Below are positions 16,931-26,395 of a stretch of DNA of 33,061 bases, one piece after another. The notes under the pieces were generated by a model. It saw nothing but the letters and a program-made list of their open reading frames with translations, did not search any database and was not told the DNA's origin. Source of the stretch: Candidatus Thorarchaeota archaeon (GTDB lineage: Archaea; Asgardarchaeota; Thorarchaeia; Thorarchaeales; Thorarchaeaceae); the NCBI GenBank assembly GCA_048882325.1, contig JBHLRS010000032.1:1-33061 (forward strand). Direction: 5' to 3'. How positions within the stretch are numbered: position 1 is the first letter of the stretch; each line of letters opens with the position of its first letter. The translations under genes and the position numbers were made by a program.

Positions 16931-18061
16931 TTACTTCCGAGTAGTTCCTTTTAGTAGACCTAGTTCACGCTTACATTGCCACACTAGATAGAAGATCTTC
17001 TTGGTCGCTAAGGTTTCCTCATCATAGTTGCTGCACAGGTCTTCGAACTTCTGAACCAAGCCATCACGTGTTTCTGGACTGATCGTGGATTTGATTTCAC
17101 TAAGTAGTGCCTCAAATGGTGCCATTGTAGCCGCCAAGTCGGTCACTTCCCAACGAATGATAGCACCAGTACCATCGGAGGTGAGGAAGGATTGGGTCTT
17201 TGGATACCACTCGATACCATCAATTTCACCCATTGTTGATGCTTCACCGTTAATCGCTAGTTTCTCAGTATCCCACAGATAAACAGTCTTGTCACTAGAA
17301 CCAGAAGCTAAATACTTGCCATCCTCACTGAAAGACAGTGCACGAACCTCAGTGCTGTGACCCTGAAGAATGTGTTCCACCTTCATTGGGGTACTTGATG
17401 AATCCCAGAGTATCATATGGAGATCAGATGATCCAGAAGCTAGTCTTGATCCATCTGATGTGAACCGAACCTGATGGACTGCTGCACGGTGCTCATTATG
17501 ACGCTGAATCATCTCACCTGAGTTTGAGTCCCACTCGCAAATGTTAGCATCAACAGAACCAGAAACAATTCTATTCCCATTAGGGTCCCAGTCACAGGTA
17601 ACAACGTAAAAGCCGTGTCCTTTCAAGTGATGGACAGGTTCACGAGCATTATTATCAATGTCCCAGATCATCAAGGTTGTGTCACCACTTCCAGAAACGA
17701 GTTTGTCACCATCAGGTGAGAAGGCAAGTGAAAGTATTGGATACTCATGGCCGGTCAATGTTGCTAGGAGTTCACCACTTTTGATGTCCCAAAGCTTCAC
17801 AACACGTTCAACACTACCTGATGCTAAAATATCACCTCGCGGACTGAAAGCAATTGAAGTACACAAGAAATCATCTTGCATCCGTTGTATCTCTTCTCCG
17901 GTGTCTGCGAAATATAATCGAATACTACGGTCCTGTAATGCTGCTGCGAACATGCGACCAACTTTGTTCATGGCAAACCTTCGAGTAATTTCGGAACCAT
18001 GCTCAGCTTGGTCTTTCAGAATCACTGGTTTGAGGAAAATTGAGGTCTCTTGACGCTCCAT
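16931..18061 (-). CDS. WD40-repeat beta-propeller protein with helical C-terminal tail
   Basis: Repeated GH...FSPDG..L.SGS.D.....WD units (about 7 blades). Start moved to ATG 18061 (MERQETSIF); the ORF-track extension overlaps the divergent gene. Confidence 0.93.
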   Translation of the reverse strand: MERQETSIFLKPVILKDQAEHGSEITRRFAMNKVGRMFAAALQDRSIRLYFADTGEEIQRMQDDFLCTSIAFSPRGDILASGSVERVVKLWDIKSGELLATLTGHEYPILSLAFSPDGDKLVSGSGDTTLMIWDIDNNAREPVHHLKGHGFYVVTCDWDPNGNRIVSGSVDANICEWDSNSGEMIQRHNEHRAAVHQVRFTSDGSRLASGSSDLHMILWDSSSTPMKVEHILQGHSTEVRALSFSEDGKYLASGSSDKTVYLWDTEKLAINGEASTMGEIDGIEWYPKTQSFLTSDGTGAIIRWEVTDLAATMAPFEALLSEIKSTISPETRDGLVQKFEDLCSNYDEETLATKKIFYLVWQCKRELGLLKGTTRK

Positions 18062-18243
18062 TGATGTCACACACAGAACCGTTCTAAGAGCCCGAGGCCG
18101 GAGATAGCGTAAAAGTCTTGTTGATACGTCATTCCATGCTTTGTGAATTGGACTGATGTGCACCGAGTAACACCAGTGAATTAATGTCACATCACAGCAA
18201 CCATTATCTACTCTGAAGCAGGCCATCAACAGGAGGGTGACCC

Positions 18244-19467
18244 TTGGCCGAGAAAGACGAGCGACGAATCCTTTCAGCATTGGGTGGAGGAGAATCAGTC
18301 GGTCGGCTTAAGAAGGCAGTGAAGGGAATAATCAGGAAACCCAATGATTTTGTTGGGAAGATGCTGGAGAATCTAACAAGTATTCAAGCTTGCAAGGATG
18401 CTGCTCTTACTGGAGATGATGACCTTCGTCTTCTTGCTGTGTGTCGACTAGGGGAGTTTGGTGCTTCAGCCTTTGAAGCTCTTGATATCTCACTTAACGA
18501 TGAGAGTCCACTCGTTCGAACTGTTGCAGCAGGAATGCTGGCATACACCGAGGATGAAGAAGCAGTAGAGATATTGAAACCATATCTCAGTGACAATAAC
18601 GAAACTGTGAGAGATGCAGTCGAGTTCGCTCTTGGGTGGCTTGAAGAGTTCGCCTGTGAAAAAGAACATGGTACACGAATTCCTGACAAGTGGGAAAATC
18701 CTGCTGAGATTCTTCTTGACACAGATGCCATCCCACTAAAAACCTCAGAAGAGGTGGAGGTTGTTAGTACGTACACAGCACTGCCAGAGAGTCTCGAGTT
18801 TGGGATGACTGTGGAAAACAAGACACTCGAGCCAATTCATGAGGTTTCAATCAAAGTCTTGATGTATCCAAAAGAGAGTCTCAAGCCACTAGATCCACTG
18901 AGTCAGCTCATTGTAACAATCGAGCCGGGAGGAGTTGAGGCACTAATCTTCGGATTCAAGGTTACGAAGGAAGTTGTCGAAGGCGAGTTTGTCACATCAG
19001 TTCAGTTTATTGACGAAAAGGGTGAAGATATAGCTGCAATATCTGGGAACATATTTGTGAGGTCTCTATTTGAACAGGTCATTCCTCTTGAATCAACTCC
19101 AGAAGAACTTCTCAGTCTTAAATCCGAGATGAAAGAGTGGAACAGAGAGCACTCCCTGGCTGTGGAGGGAAAAGAACTCTTCAAGATTGTCAACGAGCTC
19201 TTTCAGACATGGAATCTCCACGTAGTACAATCAGAGCAGACCGAACGAGAAGATGTGTTCATGGGTGTTGTTTCGGGAATGGCCAAAGGAAGAATCCATG
19301 GAGAAAAGCTTGCAGTCACCCTGACAGTAGTTGGAAGACTCAACGATGACCTCTCAAAATTACGAATTGATGTGCTGTCTGAAGATTCAGAGGTTCTACA
19401 CACTGTTGCTAGTGTACTTTTTGAAACAATCCAGAGAGAGCTTGGTGTAATCGAGATGGATTTCTAG
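18244..19467 (+). CDS. HEAT-repeat protein with putative adaptin/coatomer appendage-like C-terminus (Ig sandwich plus platform)
   Basis: HEAT repeats (LNDESPLVRTVAAGMLA, LSDNNETVRDAVEFALG); beta-rich middle (FGMTVENKT...TIEPGG...FGFKV); alpha/beta C-terminus ending LRIDVLSEDSEVLHTVASVL. HEAT part is secure; appendage call is pattern-based. Confidence 0.72.
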   Translation: MAEKDERRILSALGGGESVGRLKKAVKGIIRKPNDFVGKMLENLTSIQACKDAALTGDDDLRLLAVCRLGEFGASAFEALDISLNDESPLVRTVAAGMLAYTEDEEAVEILKPYLSDNNETVRDAVEFALGWLEEFACEKEHGTRIPDKWENPAEILLDTDAIPLKTSEEVEVVSTYTALPESLEFGMTVENKTLEPIHEVSIKVLMYPKESLKPLDPLSQLIVTIEPGGVEALIFGFKVTKEVVEGEFVTSVQFIDEKGEDIAAISGNIFVRSLFEQVIPLESTPEELLSLKSEMKEWNREHSLAVEGKELFKIVNELFQTWNLHVVQSEQTEREDVFMGVVSGMAKGRIHGEKLAVTLTVVGRLNDDLSKLRIDVLSEDSEVLHTVASVLFETIQRELGVIEMDF

Positions 19468-19469
19468 AT

Positions 19470-20036
19470 CTATGCTAGTCCTCCAGCCTCGAGAATCTTG
19501 ATGGCTAATTCCAGAAAAGCCGCTTCGACATTAAGTCCTGTTTTTGCAGAGGTTTCCAAAAATGAAGTGATGACACCGTGTCCAGCTATTTTGTTTGCAA
19601 GTGCCTGTCCTTCTTCAGTTGTGACTAATGTCTGAGCCATCACAGGGTTATCCTTGAACTGGTCACGTAGGTCGGTTTTGTTAGCAATTAGAACGATGGG
19701 GATTTTCTTCCCAGCATTGGTCCAACACTCATCCACCCAGTTCATGAGGTTGTCAAAGGACTTTCTCTCCACAGTGGAGTAGACAGCCAGTGCACCCTGA
19801 GCTCCCTTGTAGAAGGTAGAACGCACGCTCTTGAAGTGCTCTTGTCCAGCTAGATCCCAAATTTGTATACTCACATCATGACCGCCCTCAAGGGCCATCT
19901 TTTTGACAGCAAAGTCTGCGCCGATGGTGATCATATAGTTAGCTCTAAAGCCTTCTCCCATGTAGGTCCTTCGGAGACTGGTCTTTCCGACACTTCCATC
20001 TCCCATCAATACAACCTTAAACAGTGCAGTGACCAT
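19470..20036 (-). CDS. Rab-like small GTPase
   Basis: GDGSVGKT, TIGADF, WDLAGQE, FYKGAQG, NKTD, ETSAKTG; no prenylation Cys. Confidence 0.95.
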   Translation of the reverse strand: MVTALFKVVLMGDGSVGKTSLRRTYMGEGFRANYMITIGADFAVKKMALEGGHDVSIQIWDLAGQEHFKSVRSTFYKGAQGALAVYSTVERKSFDNLMNWVDECWTNAGKKIPIVLIANKTDLRDQFKDNPVMAQTLVTTEEGQALANKIAGHGVITSFLETSAKTGLNVEAAFLELAIKILEAGGLA

Positions 20037-20189
20037 TTTCTGTCACCTGTATGGCAGAGTGTCTTGTGGACACTAGGGCGTTATTTGATTTTTCCGCTAT
20101 TTGAGTCTATGTGGATTGAATTAACTGGACATTTGGAGAAACGAAAGATATCTATCGAAGGAAATTCAATGAGCATATGAGGTTACGGT

Positions 20190-21371
20190 GTGAGTGGAGG
20201 AACTAGAAGTGGATATGTGATAGTTGCCACGATAATAGTGATTGGAATAGTGTTGATTGGTACTGGTGTCTATCTCTTTGTGTACCCGCCCGGACCAGGG
20301 CAGACTACCACTCCAACAACATCAACAACACCAACAACAACAAGTCCGACAACGACAGCACCAGTCGACGTTCCAAATCCATATCAGGTGGCGATCGTGT
20401 TTGCAACAGGGGGGTTAGGAGATCATAGTTTCAACGATGCAACATATAGTGGAGCACTCGAATCGAAATTTGATTACAATATTAATTTCACATATAGAGA
20501 ACCAATGCAAATCTCTGAGTATGAAACATATCTCAGATATTTCGCAGTTCACGACGGATACATCGATCAATATGAGCTCATTATTTCGGTGGGATTTGAC
20601 CAAACTGATGCTCTGATGACTGTTGCTGAAGATTATCCAAACCAAAGGTTCGCGATCATCGATATGATCATCGACCCTACGACATATCCCAACGTAGCTT
20701 CTGTTTTGTTTGAGGAGCATGAAGGATCAGCATTGGTCGGTGCTATTGCAGGTCTGACGACCACATCCGACAAAATCGGTTTCATCGGTGGTATAGATAT
20801 TCCTTTGGTAAACAAATATTGTGCAGGATACTTTTTCGGAGCAAACTACACTAACCCGATGATAGGCGTGGGTAACATCAGCTATGCATACACTAACGAT
20901 TGGGTTGACAGTATTGCAGGCAAAGCACTAGCTGATGGAATGTACGACACAGGAACTGATGTTATCTATGCATTTGCAGGTCGCGCAGGTCTAGGTGTGT
21001 TTGAAAGTGTCAAAGACAAGAACCTCACATCCGATATACCTCTCTGGTGCATCGGGTCAGGTTCACCTCAGATGTACCTCGGCACATTATATCCGGAAAA
21101 CCCTGTTGCACCAACATTTTGTCTTACTTCAATGGTGAAACGTGTTGATGTCGCAGTGTACGCGATTATCCAGGAGTGGGTTGTTGATGGAATTTGGAAA
21201 ACTGATCTCGACCTTCTTCATTTCTTTAACCTTGCAAATGGCGGACTTGACTATGAGGTCAATACAGACCTACTAACGCTGGATCCGGCAATCATAACCG
21301 AGATAGAAGCCCTCAAGGCACTGATTATAGCCGGAACTATCGTGGTTCCAGACGCAATCTACTGGACTTGA
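20190..21371 (+). CDS. BMP/PnrA-family solute-binding protein, membrane-anchored via a Thr/Pro linker
   Basis: N-terminal TM helix, TTTPTTSTTPTTTSPTTT linker, GGLGDHSFND, FEEHEGSALVG, KIGFIGG, TSMVKRVD. Confidence 0.93.
   Translation: MSGGTRSGYVIVATIIVIGIVLIGTGVYLFVYPPGPGQTTTPTTSTTPTTTSPTTTAPVDVPNPYQVAIVFATGGLGDHSFNDATYSGALESKFDYNINFTYREPMQISEYETYLRYFAVHDGYIDQYELIISVGFDQTDALMTVAEDYPNQRFAIIDMIIDPTTYPNVASVLFEEHEGSALVGAIAGLTTTSDKIGFIGGIDIPLVNKYCAGYFFGANYTNPMIGVGNISYAYTNDWVDSIAGKALADGMYDTGTDVIYAFAGRAGLGVFESVKDKNLTSDIPLWCIGSGSPQMYLGTLYPENPVAPTFCLTSMVKRVDVAVYAIIQEWVVDGIWKTDLDLLHFFNLANGGLDYEVNTDLLTLDPAIITEIEALKALIIAGTIVVPDAIYWT
20304..20363 (+). repeat. Low-complexity ACA/CCA-rich tract encoding the Thr/Pro linker
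   Basis: actaccactccaacaacatcaacaacaccaacaacaacaagtccgacaacgacagcacca. Confidence 0.7.
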
Positions 21372-21535
21372 GGCGCAGTTTACTTTCGGGAGACTGTCCC
21401 CCTCAGAGTCATACATTAGGACGGACTGAAGAGCCCCATAAAACCCACAATCAGCGAGGACATAGTATACTGGCCCAACAGTCTGGAGACCGCCCTCTAG
21501 TACTGTGGGTAGCGCCAATAAGAGGATGAAGACCT

Positions 21536-21811
21536 GTGGGACGAACAGTCCGCACCTATAGAGATGCGGTTAGGATTGAGGAAGCAAGATGGAAAGACTT
21601 CAGACGAACTCTAAGACCGTCCCAGAGAGACCGTTTTGATCGGATTTTTGACTATGCAAGGGGCTTTGCGGATGCAGGCACTATGATGGTGACACCTCGC
21701 ATCATTGAGGTCATCCTGCTTTCTGCAATCCTAGAGATGCTAGGAGAGATTGATGACATCAAGGGGAGGGTTCAGGTCTTGGAGAAGAAAATCGAGGAGA
21801 ACACCCCCTGA
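21536..21811 (+). CDS. Small helical protein typically encoded with PolB2 (arCOG07300-like)
   Basis: MGRTVRTYR...WKDFRRTLRPSQRDRFDRIFDYAR pattern; stop overlaps the polB start (TGATG). Confidence 0.82.
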   Translation: MGRTVRTYRDAVRIEEARWKDFRRTLRPSQRDRFDRIFDYARGFADAGTMMVTPRIIEVILLSAILEMLGEIDDIKGRVQVLEKKIEENTP

Positions 21812-24087
21812 TGAAGAAGACTGGATGGTTGTTGGACTGTAGTGTGAACAGAGAGGAACAGGCACTGACCTTATGGATAAAGAGCGAGGGAAAGACCAAA
21901 GGCTACACCTATCGAGGATTTCAGCCATCTGTGTATGTCAGTACAAACCTGATGAGAAGTATGGACTGGAGCGAAAGTGACATCTTACGTGCAGTCTTGG
22001 AACACCCCAGAGTGACTCGGACTGAAATTGAACAGAAATTCGCTAGTGTATATGATACTGAGAAGTCTCCAGTCCTGCGGGTGTTCACCACTCCGGATGC
22101 CCTGCGGGAGGTTGCCAAGGACCTTGAGAAATTGCCCGGAGCCACTGTGTACCACGCAGACATTGATCCGGTCCAACAGTTCTTCATTGCAAAGACCATG
22201 TTCGCCTTTGGACGCGTCGAGTTTGAGTTGAAAGGGAACGAGGTCGTCAGTGTCAAGCGCCTTGACGAACGAGAGGACCCGAAGTACGAGATTCCTGAGC
22301 TTGAAGAACTGGGCTTCGAGGTCTTCGTTGACACCGAACAGATTTTCCCAAGGATGGAAGACAGAATTCACCACATCGAGGTCTACTATAATGAGGAAAT
22401 CATCCGCATTGAGGACTATGATGAGAGAAACATCCTCTACAGGTTTCAGAGCGTCATCGACAAGATTGACCCAGATGTGATAACCACGAGAAGGGGAGAT
22501 GAGAGTCTCTTCAGATATCTCAGCCTACGATCGAAGGTCAATGGAGTGGAGCTACGACTCTCACGGGATGATACACCACTGCATGTCACCTATAGAGAGC
22601 CACAGTCATTTTGGCAGTACAACAGGATTGTGTACAGATCAGGAACGCAGGTCACGTTGAACGGGAGAATCCACATTGACCGGGGAAAGACTGGCATGCA
22701 TTTCTTCTCACCCATAGGGTTAGAGGGCGTTGTGGAGAGTTGCAGGCTCGCACTAGGCAGACCGCAGAGGGTTTCACGGATGACCATTGGTGGGGTGAAC
22801 GCTGCCGTGCAGTTCTACAATGCCTTCGAGATGGACATCCTCATCCCACCGGTCAAACGGAACCCTGAGTTTCTCAAGTCGCTCAACGAGCTGGCGGCTA
22901 TTGACAGGGGTGGACTAATTCTTCAACCACGTCCGGACATCTATGAGAATGTCGCAGAATGTGACTTCTCATCAATGTACCCCACCCTCATGGTAGACAA
23001 GAACATCAGTCCTGAAACTATCTGCACACGGACTGACTGTCCATACGGTGAGGCGTTCTGTCTACCAGTTCCCGAGCTGAGCTTCAAGATCTGTACCCGA
23101 AAGCGGGGAATTGTGTCAGAGTCGTTGAAACTGCTTGTCAACAGAAGGATGAAGTTCAAAGACCTGATAGAAGAGGGCGAGGATGCAAAGAAGTACGAGT
23201 TTGTTCAGAATACACTGAAGGGAGTGCTTGTTTCGTGTTTTGGCTACCTTGGCTTCAAGAATGCGAAATTCGGACGAGTGGAGGCGCATACTGCTGTCAC
23301 TGCATTTGCGAGAGATGTCATGCTCAGGACCCAAGAGATTGGAGAGGAGATGGGCCTCCAGATGATTCATGGCATTGTGGATTCTGTCTGGCTACAGGCC
23401 GATGGAGAGATTGAGTATGACAATGTGGCAAAGTTCTGTGAACTTGTGACAAAGGAAACAAAGATTCAGATGTCACCCAAGGGCGTCTATAGATGGATGG
23501 TGATTCCATCCTCCCGATTGCATCCTTCAGTAGCGCCCTTGAATCGATACTATGGGGTATACAAGCATGGTGGAATCAAGACACGAGGGATTGAAATCCG
23601 CCGGCGTGACACATGTCTCTATGTCGGGGACTGCCAGAAAGAGATGATCAAGACCCTTGCCCAGGGTCGTGATAAGGCAGGGTTTATCGAGCAGATATCT
23701 AGTGCACGGGCAGTGTGTCAGGAGTTCATCAACAGACTTCATGATGATGATGTTGACATCAGAGACCTTGTTCTAAACTCCACGCTCACGCGAAACCCCC
23801 ACGAGTATCGAGCCACTTCAAGGGCTGCAGTGGTGGCTCAGCAGTTGGTCAAGGCAGGTCGCGAGCTCAACGCTGGTCAAAAGGTCCGGTATGTGATGAC
23901 ATCAGCAGATTCACAGAATCCACTGCGCAGGGTTTGTGCATTGGAGTTGTTCGATGAGTCGACGAGGTACGACCCTGAAGCGTACGCAAAACTCTGTAAA
24001 CGTGCGTTCGAGAACCTCATTCCTGTGCAGTATCTCAGTTCAAGAATAGAAATGGATCAAGGACAGGAACTCCTTATTACAAATTGA
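21811..24087 (+). CDS. polB2: Family B DNA polymerase, PolB2 subfamily
   Basis: Motif A DFSSMYP, NISPET, motif B KGVLVSCFGYLG, motif C HGIVDS instead of YGDTDS, KTRGIEIRRRD; degenerate exonuclease motifs. Confidence 0.92.
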   Translation: MKKTGWLLDCSVNREEQALTLWIKSEGKTKGYTYRGFQPSVYVSTNLMRSMDWSESDILRAVLEHPRVTRTEIEQKFASVYDTEKSPVLRVFTTPDALREVAKDLEKLPGATVYHADIDPVQQFFIAKTMFAFGRVEFELKGNEVVSVKRLDEREDPKYEIPELEELGFEVFVDTEQIFPRMEDRIHHIEVYYNEEIIRIEDYDERNILYRFQSVIDKIDPDVITTRRGDESLFRYLSLRSKVNGVELRLSRDDTPLHVTYREPQSFWQYNRIVYRSGTQVTLNGRIHIDRGKTGMHFFSPIGLEGVVESCRLALGRPQRVSRMTIGGVNAAVQFYNAFEMDILIPPVKRNPEFLKSLNELAAIDRGGLILQPRPDIYENVAECDFSSMYPTLMVDKNISPETICTRTDCPYGEAFCLPVPELSFKICTRKRGIVSESLKLLVNRRMKFKDLIEEGEDAKKYEFVQNTLKGVLVSCFGYLGFKNAKFGRVEAHTAVTAFARDVMLRTQEIGEEMGLQMIHGIVDSVWLQADGEIEYDNVAKFCELVTKETKIQMSPKGVYRWMVIPSSRLHPSVAPLNRYYGVYKHGGIKTRGIEIRRRDTCLYVGDCQKEMIKTLAQGRDKAGFIEQISSARAVCQEFINRLHDDDVDIRDLVLNSTLTRNPHEYRATSRAAVVAQQLVKAGRELNAGQKVRYVMTSADSQNPLRRVCALELFDESTRYDPEAYAKLCKRAFENLIPVQYLSSRIEMDQGQELLITN

Positions 24088-24094
24088 TGATTGG

Positions 24095-25435
24095 TTATTC
24101 TGTCACAGCATGAGCTTGCATTGTAATCCGTGGTTTGAGTTCTCGCACAGGAATTCCAGTTTCTTTTGACACACGGAGAACATCATCAGCCTCTGGTTTG
24201 ATGTTCAAGATACTTCCATCCACAGTTCGTGAAACCTTCACCCGAATCATGTATTCCTTACCATCAATCTCGAAACTGCAGACAATGGTTTCACGTGTGG
24301 CCTTGAGTCGTTGCCAATTCGTATAACGAATCCCAATTGTACCAAGATTCTTGACCATCACATCAGCGATACTCTTTAGACCAGCTTTGGCTGCAATCAC
24401 CTTGACGACGTAACAAGGTCGATTCTTCTTGCCTATGGCAGGTATAATTGTCACATCATATGCGAGACCCTCCTCCAGAAGAGTGTCAAACAATGTGGCA
24501 AGAGTTTCACCATCAACATCATCAACATTGGTTTCGATGACTATAACTTCATCTTCATTCCAACTATCAATCACTTTGGGCTTCTCCTCAGGTTTAGGTT
24601 TAGTCTCTTTTGGAGGTTTGGTCTCTTTCTTCTTCGGTGCTTCTTTGACTGGTTTGCTTTCCTCTTCTTCAGAAATAACTGTCTCACCAATAACAATCGA
24701 CAACATGTTGGGTGTCTTTCCGAGGTCTCGAATACCAAAACCAAATCCCTGACTCTGGGCAACGAAATCCTCGTGGGATTCAACAAACTTGTCTGTGATC
24801 GCAATAAGGATAGCAGCTCCTGTTGGAGTCAATACTTCGGTCTTAGCTTTTCCATTGTGATATGGAACATCATTGGCAACCAACATCTCAGCTACAGCTG
24901 GAACAGGAACCTCAAGGAGGCCATGTTCGGTCTCTATTGTCCCACTACCAACTGCTACACGAGTTGATAGAAACTCAGCCTCACCTAGAAGGCCAGTCTT
25001 CTCAAGAAGATAAGCAGTCCCTACAATATCTAGGATTGTATCAACAGTCCCTGTTTCGTGGAGATGAAGTTCATCGATAGGTTTGTCATGAGCCCTGCTT
25101 TCAGCTTCGAGAATTTCGTTTAGAGCTTTCACTGCAATTTTCTTTCCAGCATCTGAAAGTTCAACCTCTTCTGCAACTGAATGAAGAACTTCCATGATTG
25201 AGATGGGAGTGAAACGAATACCGGAATTTTGGGTCACTTGAATCTGGCGTCCAGTTATACCAGAATGCGTGTGGGTAACCATGTTTATACGAAAAGAGGG
25301 GTCGTAGATTAACAAACTCGCTGCTACTGGAAGTAGAGCATTATCCTCTCCAATCAAGTCCATCAATGCTGAGAGGAACATGTCACCTGAGGCTCCAGCA
25401 GTTGACACATCAATGAGTACTGTCTTCTTAACCAA
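24095..25435 (-). CDS. larC: Nickel-pincer cofactor nickel insertase, LarC family
   Basis: GASGDMFLSAL, AESRAH...LHLHETG..DTILD, HGLLEVPVPA, LTPTGAA, ETNVDD, KKNRP, TIGIR, KPEADD. Confidence 0.92.
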   Translation of the reverse strand: MVKKTVLIDVSTAGASGDMFLSALMDLIGEDNALLPVAASLLIYDPSFRINMVTHTHSGITGRQIQVTQNSGIRFTPISIMEVLHSVAEEVELSDAGKKIAVKALNEILEAESRAHDKPIDELHLHETGTVDTILDIVGTAYLLEKTGLLGEAEFLSTRVAVGSGTIETEHGLLEVPVPAVAEMLVANDVPYHNGKAKTEVLTPTGAAILIAITDKFVESHEDFVAQSQGFGFGIRDLGKTPNMLSIVIGETVISEEEESKPVKEAPKKKETKPPKETKPKPEEKPKVIDSWNEDEVIVIETNVDDVDGETLATLFDTLLEEGLAYDVTIIPAIGKKNRPCYVVKVIAAKAGLKSIADVMVKNLGTIGIRYTNWQRLKATRETIVCSFEIDGKEYMIRVKVSRTVDGSILNIKPEADDVLRVSKETGIPVRELKPRITMQAHAVTE

Positions 25436-25558
25436 ACAGCATTCCTCCGCCTGATTCGCTATTAGTTGAATGCGAAATTTTCATTATTCCGACAATGGAC
25501 CTGTAATCTGATACTAAACTCTCTTTCGGACCAACCTAAATAAGATTGTCAGCTTGTA

Positions 25559-26353
25559 TCAATCAACTGTTATATCACTAGGAATGCTTGCTCTCCATTG
25601 TTCGAATATTGCCATGTACATACATTCGGCGGGTGGAATCCACATTTCTGCTGAGTCAAATGATTGATCAACAAACTCAACGGGAGCATTTCGAATAATC
25701 GATGCAGGAATCGACTCATTAGATTCCCCCATAACAGCAGTGCATGCGGATGCAAGATTATCTGCGATGGCACGTCGTGTTATTCTCAATTCATTCCCAA
25801 ATAGATCCTTTCGTCCCCTGTCATCAGCCACAGGGTAAAATCCTGCTACTCCAAGTGCCATTCCAATATTGCCTAGCCTTAGAGGTTGTGTGCGACTATC
25901 GATAACAAGCACACCAATTGCGATTCCAAGTCTGTCTTTAATCTCATTTCGAAGCCTGGTAGCACTGGCACGAGGATCCTTGGGTAACAATGAAGCATAA
26001 CCCGGAGGCACATTTGATTTGTCAACACCTGCATTTGCCATCAGCGTGTTGCTCTTGATTGTAAGTACGACATGGGGAATCCCACCTAGGATTTCGTCAG
26101 CTTCTTGGATGATAAGCTCAGCCACCTCAGGTAGCAATTCATATTTATCAGCTAAGACTCTAGCGTCATCTGATGGTTCAACTTCAGACAGATCAACGAC
26201 TTGACCTTCAGTTGTACCAAGAGGGGTTTCAGCTACACCCAAAATGTCATTCTCTCTCAGTTCTACACTCGCATCCCTCATTCCTCTGAAAAGTACATCA
26301 ACGAAGGAATCCTCAGATGTTATGATTCGCGTATTAATAGGAATAATCTGCAT
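25559..26353 (-). CDS. cofE: Coenzyme F420-0:L-glutamate ligase (CofE family)
   Basis: ANAGVDKSN, LLPKDPRASA, DSRTQPLRLG, GRKDLFGNEL, ADNLAS, MGESNE. Confidence 0.9.
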   Translation of the reverse strand: MQIIPINTRIITSEDSFVDVLFRGMRDASVELRENDILGVAETPLGTTEGQVVDLSEVEPSDDARVLADKYELLPEVAELIIQEADEILGGIPHVVLTIKSNTLMANAGVDKSNVPPGYASLLPKDPRASATRLRNEIKDRLGIAIGVLVIDSRTQPLRLGNIGMALGVAGFYPVADDRGRKDLFGNELRITRRAIADNLASACTAVMGESNESIPASIIRNAPVEFVDQSFDSAEMWIPPAECMYMAIFEQWRASIPSDITVD

Positions 26354-26395
26354 TCTGTTGACCCAGAGTGGGTTGTCAACGGTTGATAGATAAAG

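Noticed and set aside
15853-18280. Long N-terminal extensions of the roadblock (to 16446) and WD40 (to 18280) ORFs, implying overlapping divergent genes
   Set aside because: Extensions are non-homologous antisense read-through; internal ATGs fit the domain boundaries better.
21372-21535. Short palindromes upstream of the PolB2 pair (AGTATACT; ACTG-N6-CAGT) as a damage-inducible operator
   Set aside because: Too short, match no box I can name, and not repeated elsewhere in the window.
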